From Bacteriovoracaceae bacterium UBA4097 (lineage in GTDB: Bacteria; Bdellovibrionota; Bacteriovoracia; Bacteriovoracales; Bacteriovoracaceae), in assembly GCA_002381765.1 (NCBI GenBank), contig DFXX01000037.1, positions 223 to 64,222 on the forward strand: a DNA stretch of 64,000 nucleotides. Reading direction: 5' to 3'. The position numbers and the translations under genes are program-made. Of this stretch, positions 47,864 to 57,624 are shown one piece after another. Numbering within the stretch: position 1 is the stretch's first letter; every line of letters starts with the position of its first letter. The notes below the pieces were generated by a model. That model was not told the origin of the DNA, did no database searches, and was given only the letters and a program-made list of their open reading frames with translations.

Positions 47864-50029
47864 ATGAAATTTTTCTCTGTCCTCATAGCTCTGCAGTTAA
47901 TCCTATCACCTGTCGCCATGGCTGCAGGAAATCAATCGACTACCGAAGAAGAGCAGAAGATTGATCCAAGTAATCCAAGTAAGGTTTCTGATCCTCAGAA
48001 TGATCCTGTCTATGAAGGAAATTCTCAGAATAAATCAGGTTACGATTTCTATGCTAAGCAAATCCTAAGTATGTCTACCAGTATCATTGGGACCAACATC
48101 ATTTCCCAATGCTCATTTGGGATGAAGATACCTTCTATTGCGACCTTTATGGCGGGCTCTTTGGTGTATATTGCTTCTGAACTCTTAGGTGCCAAAAAGC
48201 AAAACGAGAATCATAATAAAAAGCTCGATGAACTTATCCTCACGAAAGAAAAACTTGCTGCACTTAAAGGCGGAGGGGAAGTTCAGCGTGAGGCGATTGA
48301 ATTAAAACTAAAAGAAGAGAAAGATACCCGTGAGTATCTCTTAAGTCGTAAGGGTTGGCTGCTGGCCGTAACCACCATGTATACAGCGGCCGCTGGGCTT
48401 GCCATTTTAGAGGAGACAGGTGGTATCAGTGCAGGTGTAGGTACTGGAACTTCAACTTGTACAGGTCTCGCTGCCATGTATGCAGCTAAAGATTGTGCCG
48501 GAACCAATGTGGGATATGCTGCTTGCTTTGCTGCTAAGTATGCTATGCATATGGGAATGTGTACGGCTACTATGCCAGCGGGATGGGCCCAGACCTTGCC
48601 TAATTTTGCTAGTCCCGCTTCTGTGCAAATTGCTCAAAGTTCTTGCAGCGGAAAGTATGCTCCTGCCTGTACGGCCTATCTCAATAGCTATCTTGCTATA
48701 GCCTATGCCAACTGCTCACCCCTTTCCATTGGAAGTGGGATCTCCGGCATGCTTATGGCCAAGGCCATTACAGCGGCCTACTCCATAGGACTTTCCGCTG
48801 CCGGGGGAACAGCTTTCACTAGCTATGTGACCATGATGTATGCCCTCTTTAGTTACTTCATTCCTTCCATCGCAAAACTTACCATGGCCTCCTATAATTA
48901 TCCCATTCCTCGCGTAGCGACCTTCGGAGTATCCGCTGCCCTAGTTGGTATGATTACGGCAGGGCTAGGAGTAAGAGTGCAAGTGGCCGATGAAAATATT
49001 GAAAAACTTCAAGCTCTCTACAATCAGTTTAGGACAGAAACCGATACCGAGAATGGAATTGCTAAAGATAAACCGGCCGAAGAACTCAAGCAGAATGAAA
49101 ATAAAAATGAATATGAAGTTAAGATTACCGATGCAGATGGCAAGTACCGAGCTGCACCCGTAAAAGAACTCAATGGCCAGAGCTTGAATAAAAATAATTG
49201 TGTGGCCCTGGAAAACAAGGAACTAGAAGTATCAAATAGCGCCTGTAAGAATCCTGTCGTCCTTTCAAGACCGAACCCTATTTCTCTTCCAAGTGCTGGT
49301 CAGAATGTTCTTAAAGATGCCAGTAACCTTGGGATAGAGCTTTCCAACGCCATCTCTCAAGGAAATACCCAAGAGGCCAATGCTCTCGCAGGTCGCCTGG
49401 GATCGATGGCCGACAGTGTGAGAGCGGCAACCCTAAAAGCGCAAGAGGACTACAATCAGGCCCAGAAGAAGAAATTTGGGAAAGACGCTAAAGAGTTAAA
49501 CCTGGATAATGAAATCAAAAGAGAGCTTGCCTGGATGAAAGGTGAATATCAGAAGGCGGCAGGCAAAGACCCAAAAATTGCTAATGCCCTTAAAGGACTT
49601 GATTTTAATCTCTCTCATACAAGTCTATTAACTCCTGAAGACAAAGCTCAAGATCCTCTCGCTTCTCCACAAGGAAAAGGAGAGTCCGCTCCATTACTCG
49701 CGGCCATCTCGCCTGTTGAAACCTCTGCCCCTGAATTCACACCGCCCTTTACTGAAGGGGTAGAAAGTGATCCCAATTATGGTGACGGCCTTTTTGACGG
49801 GAAGGTTTCTACTGAGAACCCGGAAGGGCTCTCGGATGAGGCCTATCGGGCAGCTCGGGCCAATGGTTATCTGGGATTTTCCCGTCATAAGGGTGATGAC
49901 GGAATTTCTTCCATGGTCAACTCATCCATCTTCAAGCAAATCTCCAATCGCTACTTTCATAGCTATCCTAAGATTTTGGTGAGAAAGAAAGTTCAGGAAA
50001 AAGAAGCTACGGGGGCGGTGACTAAGTAA
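47864..50029 (+). CDS. Large secreted/membrane hypothetical protein, Cys- and Gly/Ala-rich
   Basis: Signal peptide, several hydrophobic helices, Cys-rich insert, C-terminal SIFKQISNRY. Confidence 0.85.
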   Translation: MKFFSVLIALQLILSPVAMAAGNQSTTEEEQKIDPSNPSKVSDPQNDPVYEGNSQNKSGYDFYAKQILSMSTSIIGTNIISQCSFGMKIPSIATFMAGSLVYIASELLGAKKQNENHNKKLDELILTKEKLAALKGGGEVQREAIELKLKEEKDTREYLLSRKGWLLAVTTMYTAAAGLAILEETGGISAGVGTGTSTCTGLAAMYAAKDCAGTNVGYAACFAAKYAMHMGMCTATMPAGWAQTLPNFASPASVQIAQSSCSGKYAPACTAYLNSYLAIAYANCSPLSIGSGISGMLMAKAITAAYSIGLSAAGGTAFTSYVTMMYALFSYFIPSIAKLTMASYNYPIPRVATFGVSAALVGMITAGLGVRVQVADENIEKLQALYNQFRTETDTENGIAKDKPAEELKQNENKNEYEVKITDADGKYRAAPVKELNGQSLNKNNCVALENKELEVSNSACKNPVVLSRPNPISLPSAGQNVLKDASNLGIELSNAISQGNTQEANALAGRLGSMADSVRAATLKAQEDYNQAQKKKFGKDAKELNLDNEIKRELAWMKGEYQKAAGKDPKIANALKGLDFNLSHTSLLTPEDKAQDPLASPQGKGESAPLLAAISPVETSAPEFTPPFTEGVESDPNYGDGLFDGKVSTENPEGLSDEAYRAARANGYLGFSRHKGDDGISSMVNSSIFKQISNRYFHSYPKILVRKKVQEKEATGAVTK

Positions 50030-50117
50030 AATTCTCAGGTAAAAGAGTTTCTATTGATAAAATTTCAAGAGGCCTTAGACTATAACTTCAAGTTAGTTAT
50101 ATTTAAGGAGCCAACCT

Positions 50118-50738
50118 TTGGATCAGTCCCTACATAGCTTGTTTAGCATCTTAACCGATAATATTTTTATCATCATCTACACCTTTGCTGCCGCGGAAGT
50201 TTATCTTATTCTCTCAATCTTCTTTATGCTTAAGCGTCATGAAAGCGTTCTCTTAGATGTGACTGACAATCTTTTGAAAGGCTTCCCAGACGCCCCCGAT
50301 AAAGACTCTTCTGCACATGTGCATGAAAAGATCCAAGGTGCTTTGCAATTTATCACTAATAAAATAGCGCTCAATAGTGAGCTAAAGCGGGACTTCTGCA
50401 AGAATGCTGAAAAGATTAATGAGCGACCTTTCTATAATAGGCATTATAAGATCGAAATTTATGCCAGTATCATCTCGACCTTAGTTCAAGTTTTTCCGCT
50501 ATTGGGAATTCTGGGAACCATTCTTGCTATTGCACAAACGGCTTTTCAACCCGGAGCCCAAATCGATCCTTCGGCCCTTTCCAATGCCTTTGTGCTTGCG
50601 ATGGATACCACCATTCTTGGAATCACTTTTTCAATCATGTTTATGATTATTGAGAGTTCATTTCAGGCAAAGATTGAAAGAGTCATTTTCGAGAGTAATG
50701 AGTATCGCCGCATTCTCTCCAGTATCTATCTATCTTGA
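50118..50738 (+). CDS. MotA/TolQ/ExbB proton-channel family protein
   Basis: FPLLGILGT, AMDTTILGI; TTG start after AAGGAG. Confidence 0.88.
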   Translation: MDQSLHSLFSILTDNIFIIIYTFAAAEVYLILSIFFMLKRHESVLLDVTDNLLKGFPDAPDKDSSAHVHEKIQGALQFITNKIALNSELKRDFCKNAEKINERPFYNRHYKIEIYASIISTLVQVFPLLGILGTILAIAQTAFQPGAQIDPSALSNAFVLAMDTTILGITFSIMFMIIESSFQAKIERVIFESNEYRRILSSIYLS

Positions 50739-50749
50739 GATTATAAATT

Positions 50750-51283
50750 ATGTTGAAGAGACAGCGAAAGACCGTAGAACTGACTTCCTTACTCGATTTG
50801 TTATTCGTGATGATCTTCCTTTCTCTATTACAAACCAAGAATCCACCAGCTAAGGCCGAGCCTCAAGTAACCCAAAAGCCCAAGGAAGAGACTCCCGTTG
50901 AAGTGAAGGCCGCTGAGGCGAAACCAAAGACAGCTACCATTCTTCCAGTGACGGCAATATTTCACTTTTATGGAGTTAATAATAATCCTGATCAACCAGT
51001 TGGCACCTATGCCATGAATGGAACCTTTGATAAGAAGTCCGGTGAACTTGCTTTAGGTGGAGTTAGCTGGATCAGTCGTCCTGAGGGGTATGATATGGTT
51101 CCCTTGAAAGGAAGAATCAATGGGGCCGCCAATACTTTTACGGGGAAGATCGATTTTCAGGATTGTGAACAGTTCACCCTTAAAAGAAAATCCAAGATAC
51201 CTGGCTCTGAAATCGCGGGAGAATGGACGGGAAGTTATGTCTGTTTTCAGGGTGAGACAGGCCTAACCCTTACTATTCAGTAG
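50750..51283 (+). CDS. ExbD/TolR-like protein with atypical periplasmic domain
   Basis: ELTSLLDLLFVMIF TM with conserved Asp; P/K/E linker; beta-rich C-domain with 2 Cys. Confidence 0.75.
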   Translation: MLKRQRKTVELTSLLDLLFVMIFLSLLQTKNPPAKAEPQVTQKPKEETPVEVKAAEAKPKTATILPVTAIFHFYGVNNNPDQPVGTYAMNGTFDKKSGELALGGVSWISRPEGYDMVPLKGRINGAANTFTGKIDFQDCEQFTLKRKSKIPGSEIAGEWTGSYVCFQGETGLTLTIQ

Positions 51284-51346
51284 ATAATTTCTTCTTTACG
51301 TCAGAAGACTCCTGACAATTTGATGAATAGGCCTTATAAAGCCGGC

Positions 51347-52648
51347 ATGTTAAAATTCAATGAGATTCCTCTTTCTGCTTCCTTACTTAATAATCTTAAG
51401 ACCCTAGGTTATTCAACTCCGACTGCTATTCAGTCAGAGGCCATTCCCCTGGTGCTTGAAGGTCATGATTTATTAGGTATTGCTCAAACAGGAACTGGTA
51501 AAACCGCTGCCTTCTGTCTTCCGATCATTGATCGCCTACTTAAGAATGCACCTATTGGTAAAGGCATTCGGGCCCTGATTCTTGCTCCTACCAGAGAGCT
51601 CGCGACTCAAATTCAAGTCAGCTGCGAGGGTTATGCTCAAGGCCTGGGTCTTAAAACTCTCGCCATATTTGGAGGTGTGAATCAAAAGACCCAAGTTGAA
51701 GCCTTAAGAAAGGGAGTCGATATTGTTATCGCAACTCCTGGTAGACTTCTGGATCTCATGGGCCAGAAGCAAGTGGGAATGACTAAGCTTGAAGTTCTGG
51801 TTTTGGATGAAGCAGATCGCATGCTGGATATGGGGTTTATCGATGATATCCACGCCATCATCGAGAGCTTACCAAGTGAGCGGCAAACCATGCTTTTTTC
51901 GGCTACCATTCCAGGAATAGTTGCAAGTCTCTCTAGGGAAATCCTCACCCATCCCAAGCGGGTTGAAGTTTCTCCCAATGCTTCAACGGCGCCAACTGTA
52001 GATCAAAAGGTCATTTTTTGTACAAAAGAAGATAAGTTTCAGCTTTTAAGAAAGATTCTTAAATCAGAAGAGCGTGAATTAGTCGTGATATTTACTAAGA
52101 CCAAAAACTCTGCAGATAAAGTGAAGGAATATCTGAGGTTTCACCGTATGGCCTCCAGTGTTTTTCATGGAGATAAGTCTCAGGAAGACAGAGAGCTAGC
52201 TTTGGAGAGTTTTAAAAAAGGCGGGATGAGAATTCTTATTGCAACGGATATCGCTGCAAGGGGAATCGATGTTCAGAATATCAGTCATGTGATTAATTTT
52301 GAGCTTCCTTTAGAGGCAGAAACCTATGTTCATAGAATAGGTAGAACTGCTCGGGCCGGAAAAACTGGGGTAGCAATCACCCTTTGTGATGACTCAGAAA
52401 GGCCCATCATTCAAAAAATTCAAAAATTGATCAAGCTCGATATTCCTTCCGAGAACTTCAAGGGGTCTTCAGAACCAGCTGGTATATGGCTACAAGAAGG
52501 ACCTATCAGAAGAGTTACTCCTCCTACACCAGGAAGAAGTCAGGAGAAGCTTTCTTATCTGGATCATTCAAAAAGACGAAAGGTAGAGGAAGAGAAGGCC
52601 AAGGCAAAGCAGCATCCGGGCTTTAAGAATAAGAAAAGAAAGCGATAA
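51347..52648 (+). CDS. DEAD-box RNA helicase (RhlE-like)
   Basis: AQTGTGKT, PTRELA, TPGRL, DEAD, SAT, ARGID, HRIGRTAR. Confidence 0.96.
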   Translation: MLKFNEIPLSASLLNNLKTLGYSTPTAIQSEAIPLVLEGHDLLGIAQTGTGKTAAFCLPIIDRLLKNAPIGKGIRALILAPTRELATQIQVSCEGYAQGLGLKTLAIFGGVNQKTQVEALRKGVDIVIATPGRLLDLMGQKQVGMTKLEVLVLDEADRMLDMGFIDDIHAIIESLPSERQTMLFSATIPGIVASLSREILTHPKRVEVSPNASTAPTVDQKVIFCTKEDKFQLLRKILKSEERELVVIFTKTKNSADKVKEYLRFHRMASSVFHGDKSQEDRELALESFKKGGMRILIATDIAARGIDVQNISHVINFELPLEAETYVHRIGRTARAGKTGVAITLCDDSERPIIQKIQKLIKLDIPSENFKGSSEPAGIWLQEGPIRRVTPPTPGRSQEKLSYLDHSKRRKVEEEKAKAKQHPGFKNKKRKR

Positions 52649-53161
52649 TTATCTCCAGATCCAACCTGCAAAAATTTGCAGAGAGTTCGGACGAATGACT
52701 CTGCCCTCATTAAGCGCATAGGTGCGCATGTATCCACCACCTATAAAGAAGTTAGAGTACTCTGGAAGATAGTTAATACTGATGGCGCTACTACCTGTCA
52801 GGGTGGCCGGATCATCAGAGAATCCGTTGAATTTAGCGGCGATTATTTGTTGATCGATTCTTGAAAACCAACGATCTTTGGTGAAAAGTATGTAACTTGC
52901 TACAGGACCCAGGCCCATCCATTCTCTTGAATTAAAGTTATTATAAAAGGCCCCCGCCCCCAGAGCAAATCTATTGATCAAGTAGTATTGATAACGGGTT
53001 TGAGCTTCGACTAAAAATCCGCCTCCTGAAGAATATCCTAAACTTAAGTTTGTTAAACCCACTTCTTGAGTGCCTTTTTTAAATAGTCCAGCGGTTTGTG
53101 CCGGGCAGTCCTGAACGCTAAGGGATAGAAGGAGGAGGGCGGATTTTCTTATGAATTTCAT
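52649..53161 (-). CDS. Small outer-membrane beta-barrel-like protein
   Basis: Signal peptide, alternating amphipathic strands, aromatic-rich C-terminus. Confidence 0.65.
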   Translation of the reverse strand: MKFIRKSALLLLSLSVQDCPAQTAGLFKKGTQEVGLTNLSLGYSSGGGFLVEAQTRYQYYLINRFALGAGAFYNNFNSREWMGLGPVASYILFTKDRWFSRIDQQIIAAKFNGFSDDPATLTGSSAISINYLPEYSNFFIGGGYMRTYALNEGRVIRPNSLQIFAGWIWR

Positions 53162-53270
53162 GGGATATGAGTATCATTGGAAAATATCTTGAGAAAATGA
53201 AATTAAACTTAAGAATGCAGTGTATATTAGATGCATTATTGATTTGAAGACTAAAACATAAGGAGTTTTC

Positions 53271-53384
53271 ATGGCGCGTGGAGAAGGTGGACAAGATAAG
53301 GGTAAGATCAAGGGTAAACCTAAACTTACTACTAAAGAGAAGCAGGATAAAAAGAAAGAGAAAGCAAAAAACAAAGTTAAGTAG
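53271..53384 (+). CDS. 37-aa lysine-rich small protein (not in ORF track)
   Basis: AAGGAG RBS, MARGEGGQDKGKIKGKPKLTTKEKQDKKKEKAKNKVK, followed by terminator. Confidence 0.75.
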   Translation: MARGEGGQDKGKIKGKPKLTTKEKQDKKKEKAKNKVK

Positions 53385-53389
53385 TGACT

Positions 53390-53414
53390 AGGCCAGGATC
53401 AACCTGGCCTTTTT
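53390..53414 (+). terminator. Rho-independent terminator
   Basis: AGGCCAGG-ATCAA-CCTGGCCT-TTTT. Confidence 0.75.
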
Positions 53415-53763
53415 AGTGATAAGGTTTAAGTATCCGATAAAGCTCTGAAGTTTTATCCTTGATTAAGGTCAGGACATCTGATCTTGGAATCAGAATAAGT
53501 TTTGTCAGACCTAAGATCTTGCAGCCAAGATTACTTGGTTCATCTTGCAGAAGATTCTTAATTCCCAATAATGTTCCAGGTTCAAGAGCAAGTCGAAGCT
53601 TCTTTCTTTTTAAAAGGAGCATTTCACCTTCAAGAAAAACAATTCCTGCACTTGGTATTTGGGATTCATAGACAAGATCGAAGTCTTTTTTGAATTCCAA
53701 CACATCATAGTTTTTCTTCAGTAGGTCAATTTCGTCATTTGATAATTTTCTAAGAGTTTTCAT
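53413..53763 (-). CDS. Stand-alone cyclic-nucleotide-binding (cNMP)-like domain protein
   Basis: LVYESQIPSAGIVFLEG, LEPGTLLG, KLILIPRS pattern; no HTH. Confidence 0.7.
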   Translation of the reverse strand: MKTLRKLSNDEIDLLKKNYDVLEFKKDFDLVYESQIPSAGIVFLEGEMLLLKRKKLRLALEPGTLLGIKNLLQDEPSNLGCKILGLTKLILIPRSDVLTLIKDKTSELYRILKPYH

Positions 53764-53922
53764 TCATTTATGATAGTCGCTTTTTAAAGGGAGAACATGT
53801 CCGAGATCAGATTCTTCTTTGTGATTATTGTTGGAGAAAATGATGATGAACGTCAGCATTATGAATAATCTCATCTTCTCAAATTGAATTTTAATGGCAT
53901 AGTCATAGAGGAGAGGTATTTG

Positions 53923-55053
53923 ATGCATGATTCTTGGATACGTGAGCCTTATAGACTGTTTTTCCCTCTAGGAGCACTTTATCTCCTTTGGGGTATTTTA
54001 CTCTGGCTTCCCCTGATCTGGACTCCGGATGAATATCCTGTTCTGGCCCACCGCTATCTTGTCTTAAATGGTTTTATGGGTTCCTTTATAGCAGGCTTTC
54101 TTATGACGGCCGTACCCAAGTTTTCAAAAACATCTTCCGCCAAAACTTTTGAAGTTCTTTTATTTGGTAGTGTGACTTTGACGGGAGTTTTCTTTGCCTA
54201 TAGAGGGGAAGAGAAGGCGGCTCTTTTTGTCTCGGCCCTTCAACCATTAATCATTCTCTCATTTCTTTTTTCCAGAATCACTAAGAGAAAAGAGAATCCT
54301 CCTTATAGTTTTGTCTTTATCTTTGTTGGTCTTTTACTTTGGTTAGGATCTGCTCTTTCAGGCATATTCATCGATCTAGAGGCCCTTAAAAATCTTCACT
54401 ATGAAGGGGCCATGGCCTCGATTATCTTAGGTGTTGGTTCGAGATTGATTCCTGGCATTTTAGGGCATGTAGAGGTTGTTGCTCTCCAAAGAGAAAAATA
54501 TGAAAAAACCTTGCCCATTCTTTCCACAGTGCCAAAGCATTTTTTAGGTTTGATTATTGCTTTTGTTGGAAGCTATTTTTTATCTGAAAGTGTAGGAGAT
54601 TATCTCAGGGCCTTCGTTGTAGGTTTTATAGCCTTAAAGTATTGGTGGCTGTTTAAACTCCCACAAATTAAAACTGCTCTCACCTGGAGCTTGTGGTTAA
54701 GTGGCTGGTTAATTGTCTTAAGCTTCTTTTTAAAGGCCCTTTGGCCTGATGGCATGATCCATGCCTCCCATTCCTTCTTCATTAATGGCATAGTTTTATT
54801 AAGCCTATTAGTCAGTATTCGAGTACTGCAGTCCCATGGGCCTGGTAATAATGAATTAGAAAACAGAAAGCTCATTTATGTCATCACCTTTCTGGTGATA
54901 TTGGCCGCGGCAACCCGCGTCTCGGCCTATCTGATGCCGGCCTTATATCTAACTCACTTGGGTTATAGTTCCTTCGTTTTGACTCTTGCCATTATCGTAT
55001 GGGGATTTGGCTATCTGAGATACATCTTCATTTTTAATAAATCTCATCCCTGA
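53923..55053 (+). CDS. nnrS: NnrS-family membrane protein
   Basis: EPYRLFFPLG, H..GF...AGFLMTAVP, RLIP, RVLQSHG. Confidence 0.85.
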   Translation: MHDSWIREPYRLFFPLGALYLLWGILLWLPLIWTPDEYPVLAHRYLVLNGFMGSFIAGFLMTAVPKFSKTSSAKTFEVLLFGSVTLTGVFFAYRGEEKAALFVSALQPLIILSFLFSRITKRKENPPYSFVFIFVGLLLWLGSALSGIFIDLEALKNLHYEGAMASIILGVGSRLIPGILGHVEVVALQREKYEKTLPILSTVPKHFLGLIIAFVGSYFLSESVGDYLRAFVVGFIALKYWWLFKLPQIKTALTWSLWLSGWLIVLSFFLKALWPDGMIHASHSFFINGIVLLSLLVSIRVLQSHGPGNNELENRKLIYVITFLVILAAATRVSAYLMPALYLTHLGYSSFVLTLAIIVWGFGYLRYIFIFNKSHP

Positions 55054-55136
55054 GTTGATTCCTGGTAGAGATCATGTTTTTATTGATAGAGAGACAGAAA
55101 ATAATGACATCTATCATTAAATACAGGGATTTCAAC

Positions 55137-56534
55137 ATGAACAAAAAATGGATGCTCTTTCTTCTGGCCCTTGTGCCTCAGTTTGCCCAGGCCCATGTGA
55201 AATGGTTCAGTGACTACGATTTTCAGCATGCACCCCTTCAGTGGGCCCAGCTCAATCATCCGTACTTTTGGGGTCTTTTTGTCCTGTCCCTGGTATTCCT
55301 ACCTGTGCTGGTTTACACCGATAGGTTAGGTGAGCGCTCTGCCGTCTACCAAAGAGTCAATGGCTTCTTTGATCAGTATGCTGATCAAGGAGGGCTTATC
55401 ATGAGGGTCACGATGGGTGCCGTTCTCCTGATGTCATGGCAGGGAGACTCTTATATTGCTCCAGAAATAGCCATCCCTGCTCCATTCTGGGGCTGGTTTC
55501 AATTTGCTCTGGCCCTACTCCTCTTATTTAAGCAGACCACTATTTTAACTGGTATAGGAATGGTCTTTCTTTACTTCATGGGTATTTACTATAACGGCTT
55601 CTTTCATATGTTGGATTATGTAGTCTACCCAGCCGTAGGAATTTTTCTCATGGTTTCTTATGCCAAGAGTGAGAGAATTCGTAATATCGATCTTCCGGTT
55701 CTCTATTCTGGATTAGGCTTTTCTCTTTGCTGGGTTGCCTTTGAGAAGATGTTTTATCCCTATTGGGGACTCTCAGTCCTCGAGCAGGCCCCTGCTCTTA
55801 CCATGGGCCTACCCCATGACTTTTTTCTTTTGTCGTGTGCCTTCATCGAATTCTCTCTGGGATATTTATTGATCATCTGTCTTCTGCATCGCCCGTTGGC
55901 CCTTGTGGTAACACTCGTTTTCTTTATCACCACAAGCTTTTTTGGAAAGACCGAAGTCGTGGGTCATACTATTCTGCATGGAGCACTCTTAGTATTTATC
56001 ATAAAAGGCCCCGGAAAGTATTATCAGGCCCCTATCAGGTATCACAAGTCCCTTGCCTTAAGATCTCTTTTTGCCATCGTTAACTTTATTATTCTCTTTA
56101 CTGTCCTGGCCTACCCTTACCAGCTCATGGCCAACAGGGCCCATGCTGAAGCTTTGGAGAAGCGTGCCAAGATGGGGCATGATCGCTTTGATGTTCCTGC
56201 TCATTCGCCAGTCCCCTCGGTTGTCATTCATGCCGCTAAGGATGTGAACGGGGGGTGGAATCTGCATTTAATGACTACAAACTTTACTTTCACTCCGGAA
56301 AATTCCGGTCAAGAGGATGTGGTTGGTGAAGGTCATGCTCATATCTACGTTAATGGGAAGAAGGTAGCACGGGTCTATAGTAATTGGTTCCATATCAATC
56401 TTGAGAAAGGTGTGAATAAAGTTAAGGTAACGCTGAATTCTAACTCGCATAAAGAATATTTCTTTGAAGATAAAATTATTCAATATGAAATTGAGCTCGA
56501 TGAATCTCGCGAGGGCCCAACTCATGTTCATTAA
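55137..56534 (+). CDS. Multi-TM membrane protein (AHVKWF N-terminus) with C-terminal His-motif soluble domain
   Basis: Signal + HVKWF, EVVGH, C-terminal GHAHIYVNG and HVH end. Confidence 0.8.
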   Translation: MNKKWMLFLLALVPQFAQAHVKWFSDYDFQHAPLQWAQLNHPYFWGLFVLSLVFLPVLVYTDRLGERSAVYQRVNGFFDQYADQGGLIMRVTMGAVLLMSWQGDSYIAPEIAIPAPFWGWFQFALALLLLFKQTTILTGIGMVFLYFMGIYYNGFFHMLDYVVYPAVGIFLMVSYAKSERIRNIDLPVLYSGLGFSLCWVAFEKMFYPYWGLSVLEQAPALTMGLPHDFFLLSCAFIEFSLGYLLIICLLHRPLALVVTLVFFITTSFFGKTEVVGHTILHGALLVFIIKGPGKYYQAPIRYHKSLALRSLFAIVNFIILFTVLAYPYQLMANRAHAEALEKRAKMGHDRFDVPAHSPVPSVVIHAAKDVNGGWNLHLMTTNFTFTPENSGQEDVVGEGHAHIYVNGKKVARVYSNWFHINLEKGVNKVKVTLNSNSHKEYFFEDKIIQYEIELDESREGPTHVH

Positions 56535-56616
56535 TATCTGATCAATTAAGTTTGGCCTCTTCTGAAAGGTATTATTCTTGCACAAGTAAGATAAGAACTT
56601 TCAGAGGAGGTCTTTA

Positions 56617-57618
56617 GTGAATCACAAGAAGCAAAGAGTCGTCGTTATTACAGGAGCCTCTGCCGGTGTTGGCCGGGCCATTGCCCAGGAGTTTGCTAAG
56701 CAAGGGGCAAAGCTAGGGCTTATTGCTCGTGGCGAAGAGAAACTTGACTCTACCGTAGCCGAAGTCTTTGCCCTAGGTGGCCAGGCCATTGCTTGTCCCT
56801 GTGATGTGAGTCATGAAGATGATCTTGAAGCGGCGGCAGTCGCAATTGAAAACAAGTTTGGCCCTATCGATATCTGGATAAATAACGCCATGGTTACCAT
56901 GTTGGGGCCGGTTAAAGAAATTACCTCAGAAGAAGTTCGCCGCATAACCGAAGTTAATTATCTGGGCTCAGTTAATGGCATATTAGTGGCCAACCGCCGC
57001 TTTTTGCCAAGAAATAGCGGTCATATTATTCAAATCGGATCTGCCCTGGCCTATTTAAGCATCCCTCTGCAATCGGCCTATTGTGCTTCTAAACATGCCG
57101 TTCATGGGTTTATCCAATCGTTTCGAATTGAACTTATGACTCAAAAAAGTCAGGTAAAGCTCAGTGAGATTCATTTACCGGCGGTAAACACTCCTCAGTT
57201 TGAATGGATGGAAAATGATATGCCTAAGCATCCCATGCCAGTTCCTCCCATCTTTGAGCCGGAAGTTATTGGCCGAGCGGTGACCTTTATTGCAGATAAT
57301 CCAAGAAAAGAATTATGGGTTGGGGGATCGACCTTAAAGACGATACTAGGAGCGAAATTTGCTCCCTGGTTGGCCGAATGGAAGCTTGCTCGGGATGGCA
57401 TAAAGGATCAGCAAACAGATAGGAAGGGTCTCACTCATAAATCCAATATGTGGAAACCGGTTAATACTGATTACGGTGCCAAAGGCATCTTTAGTGACAT
57501 CGCAAAAAAGCGAAGTTTTCAGCTCTGGTTGTCTATGAATAGGAAGAGTCTAGGGTCGGCTTCTCTCGTGGTTGTTACAGGTGTTCTAGCACTTCTGGGC
57601 ACGAGTAGAAGATTGTGA
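56617..57618 (+). CDS. Short-chain dehydrogenase/reductase
   Basis: TGASAGVG, NNA, YCASK. Confidence 0.95.
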   Translation: MNHKKQRVVVITGASAGVGRAIAQEFAKQGAKLGLIARGEEKLDSTVAEVFALGGQAIACPCDVSHEDDLEAAAVAIENKFGPIDIWINNAMVTMLGPVKEITSEEVRRITEVNYLGSVNGILVANRRFLPRNSGHIIQIGSALAYLSIPLQSAYCASKHAVHGFIQSFRIELMTQKSQVKLSEIHLPAVNTPQFEWMENDMPKHPMPVPPIFEPEVIGRAVTFIADNPRKELWVGGSTLKTILGAKFAPWLAEWKLARDGIKDQQTDRKGLTHKSNMWKPVNTDYGAKGIFSDIAKKRSFQLWLSMNRKSLGSASLVVVTGVLALLGTSRRL

Positions 57619-57624
57619 ACTTAA

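Noticed and set aside
50118-51283. Zorya ZorAB defence system
   Set aside because: No long ZorA tail, no OmpA domain in the small subunit, no ZorC/D/E
53174-53374. 66-aa minus-strand hydrophobic ORF
   Set aside because: Antisense shadow of the Lys-rich plus-strand microprotein, which has an RBS and terminator
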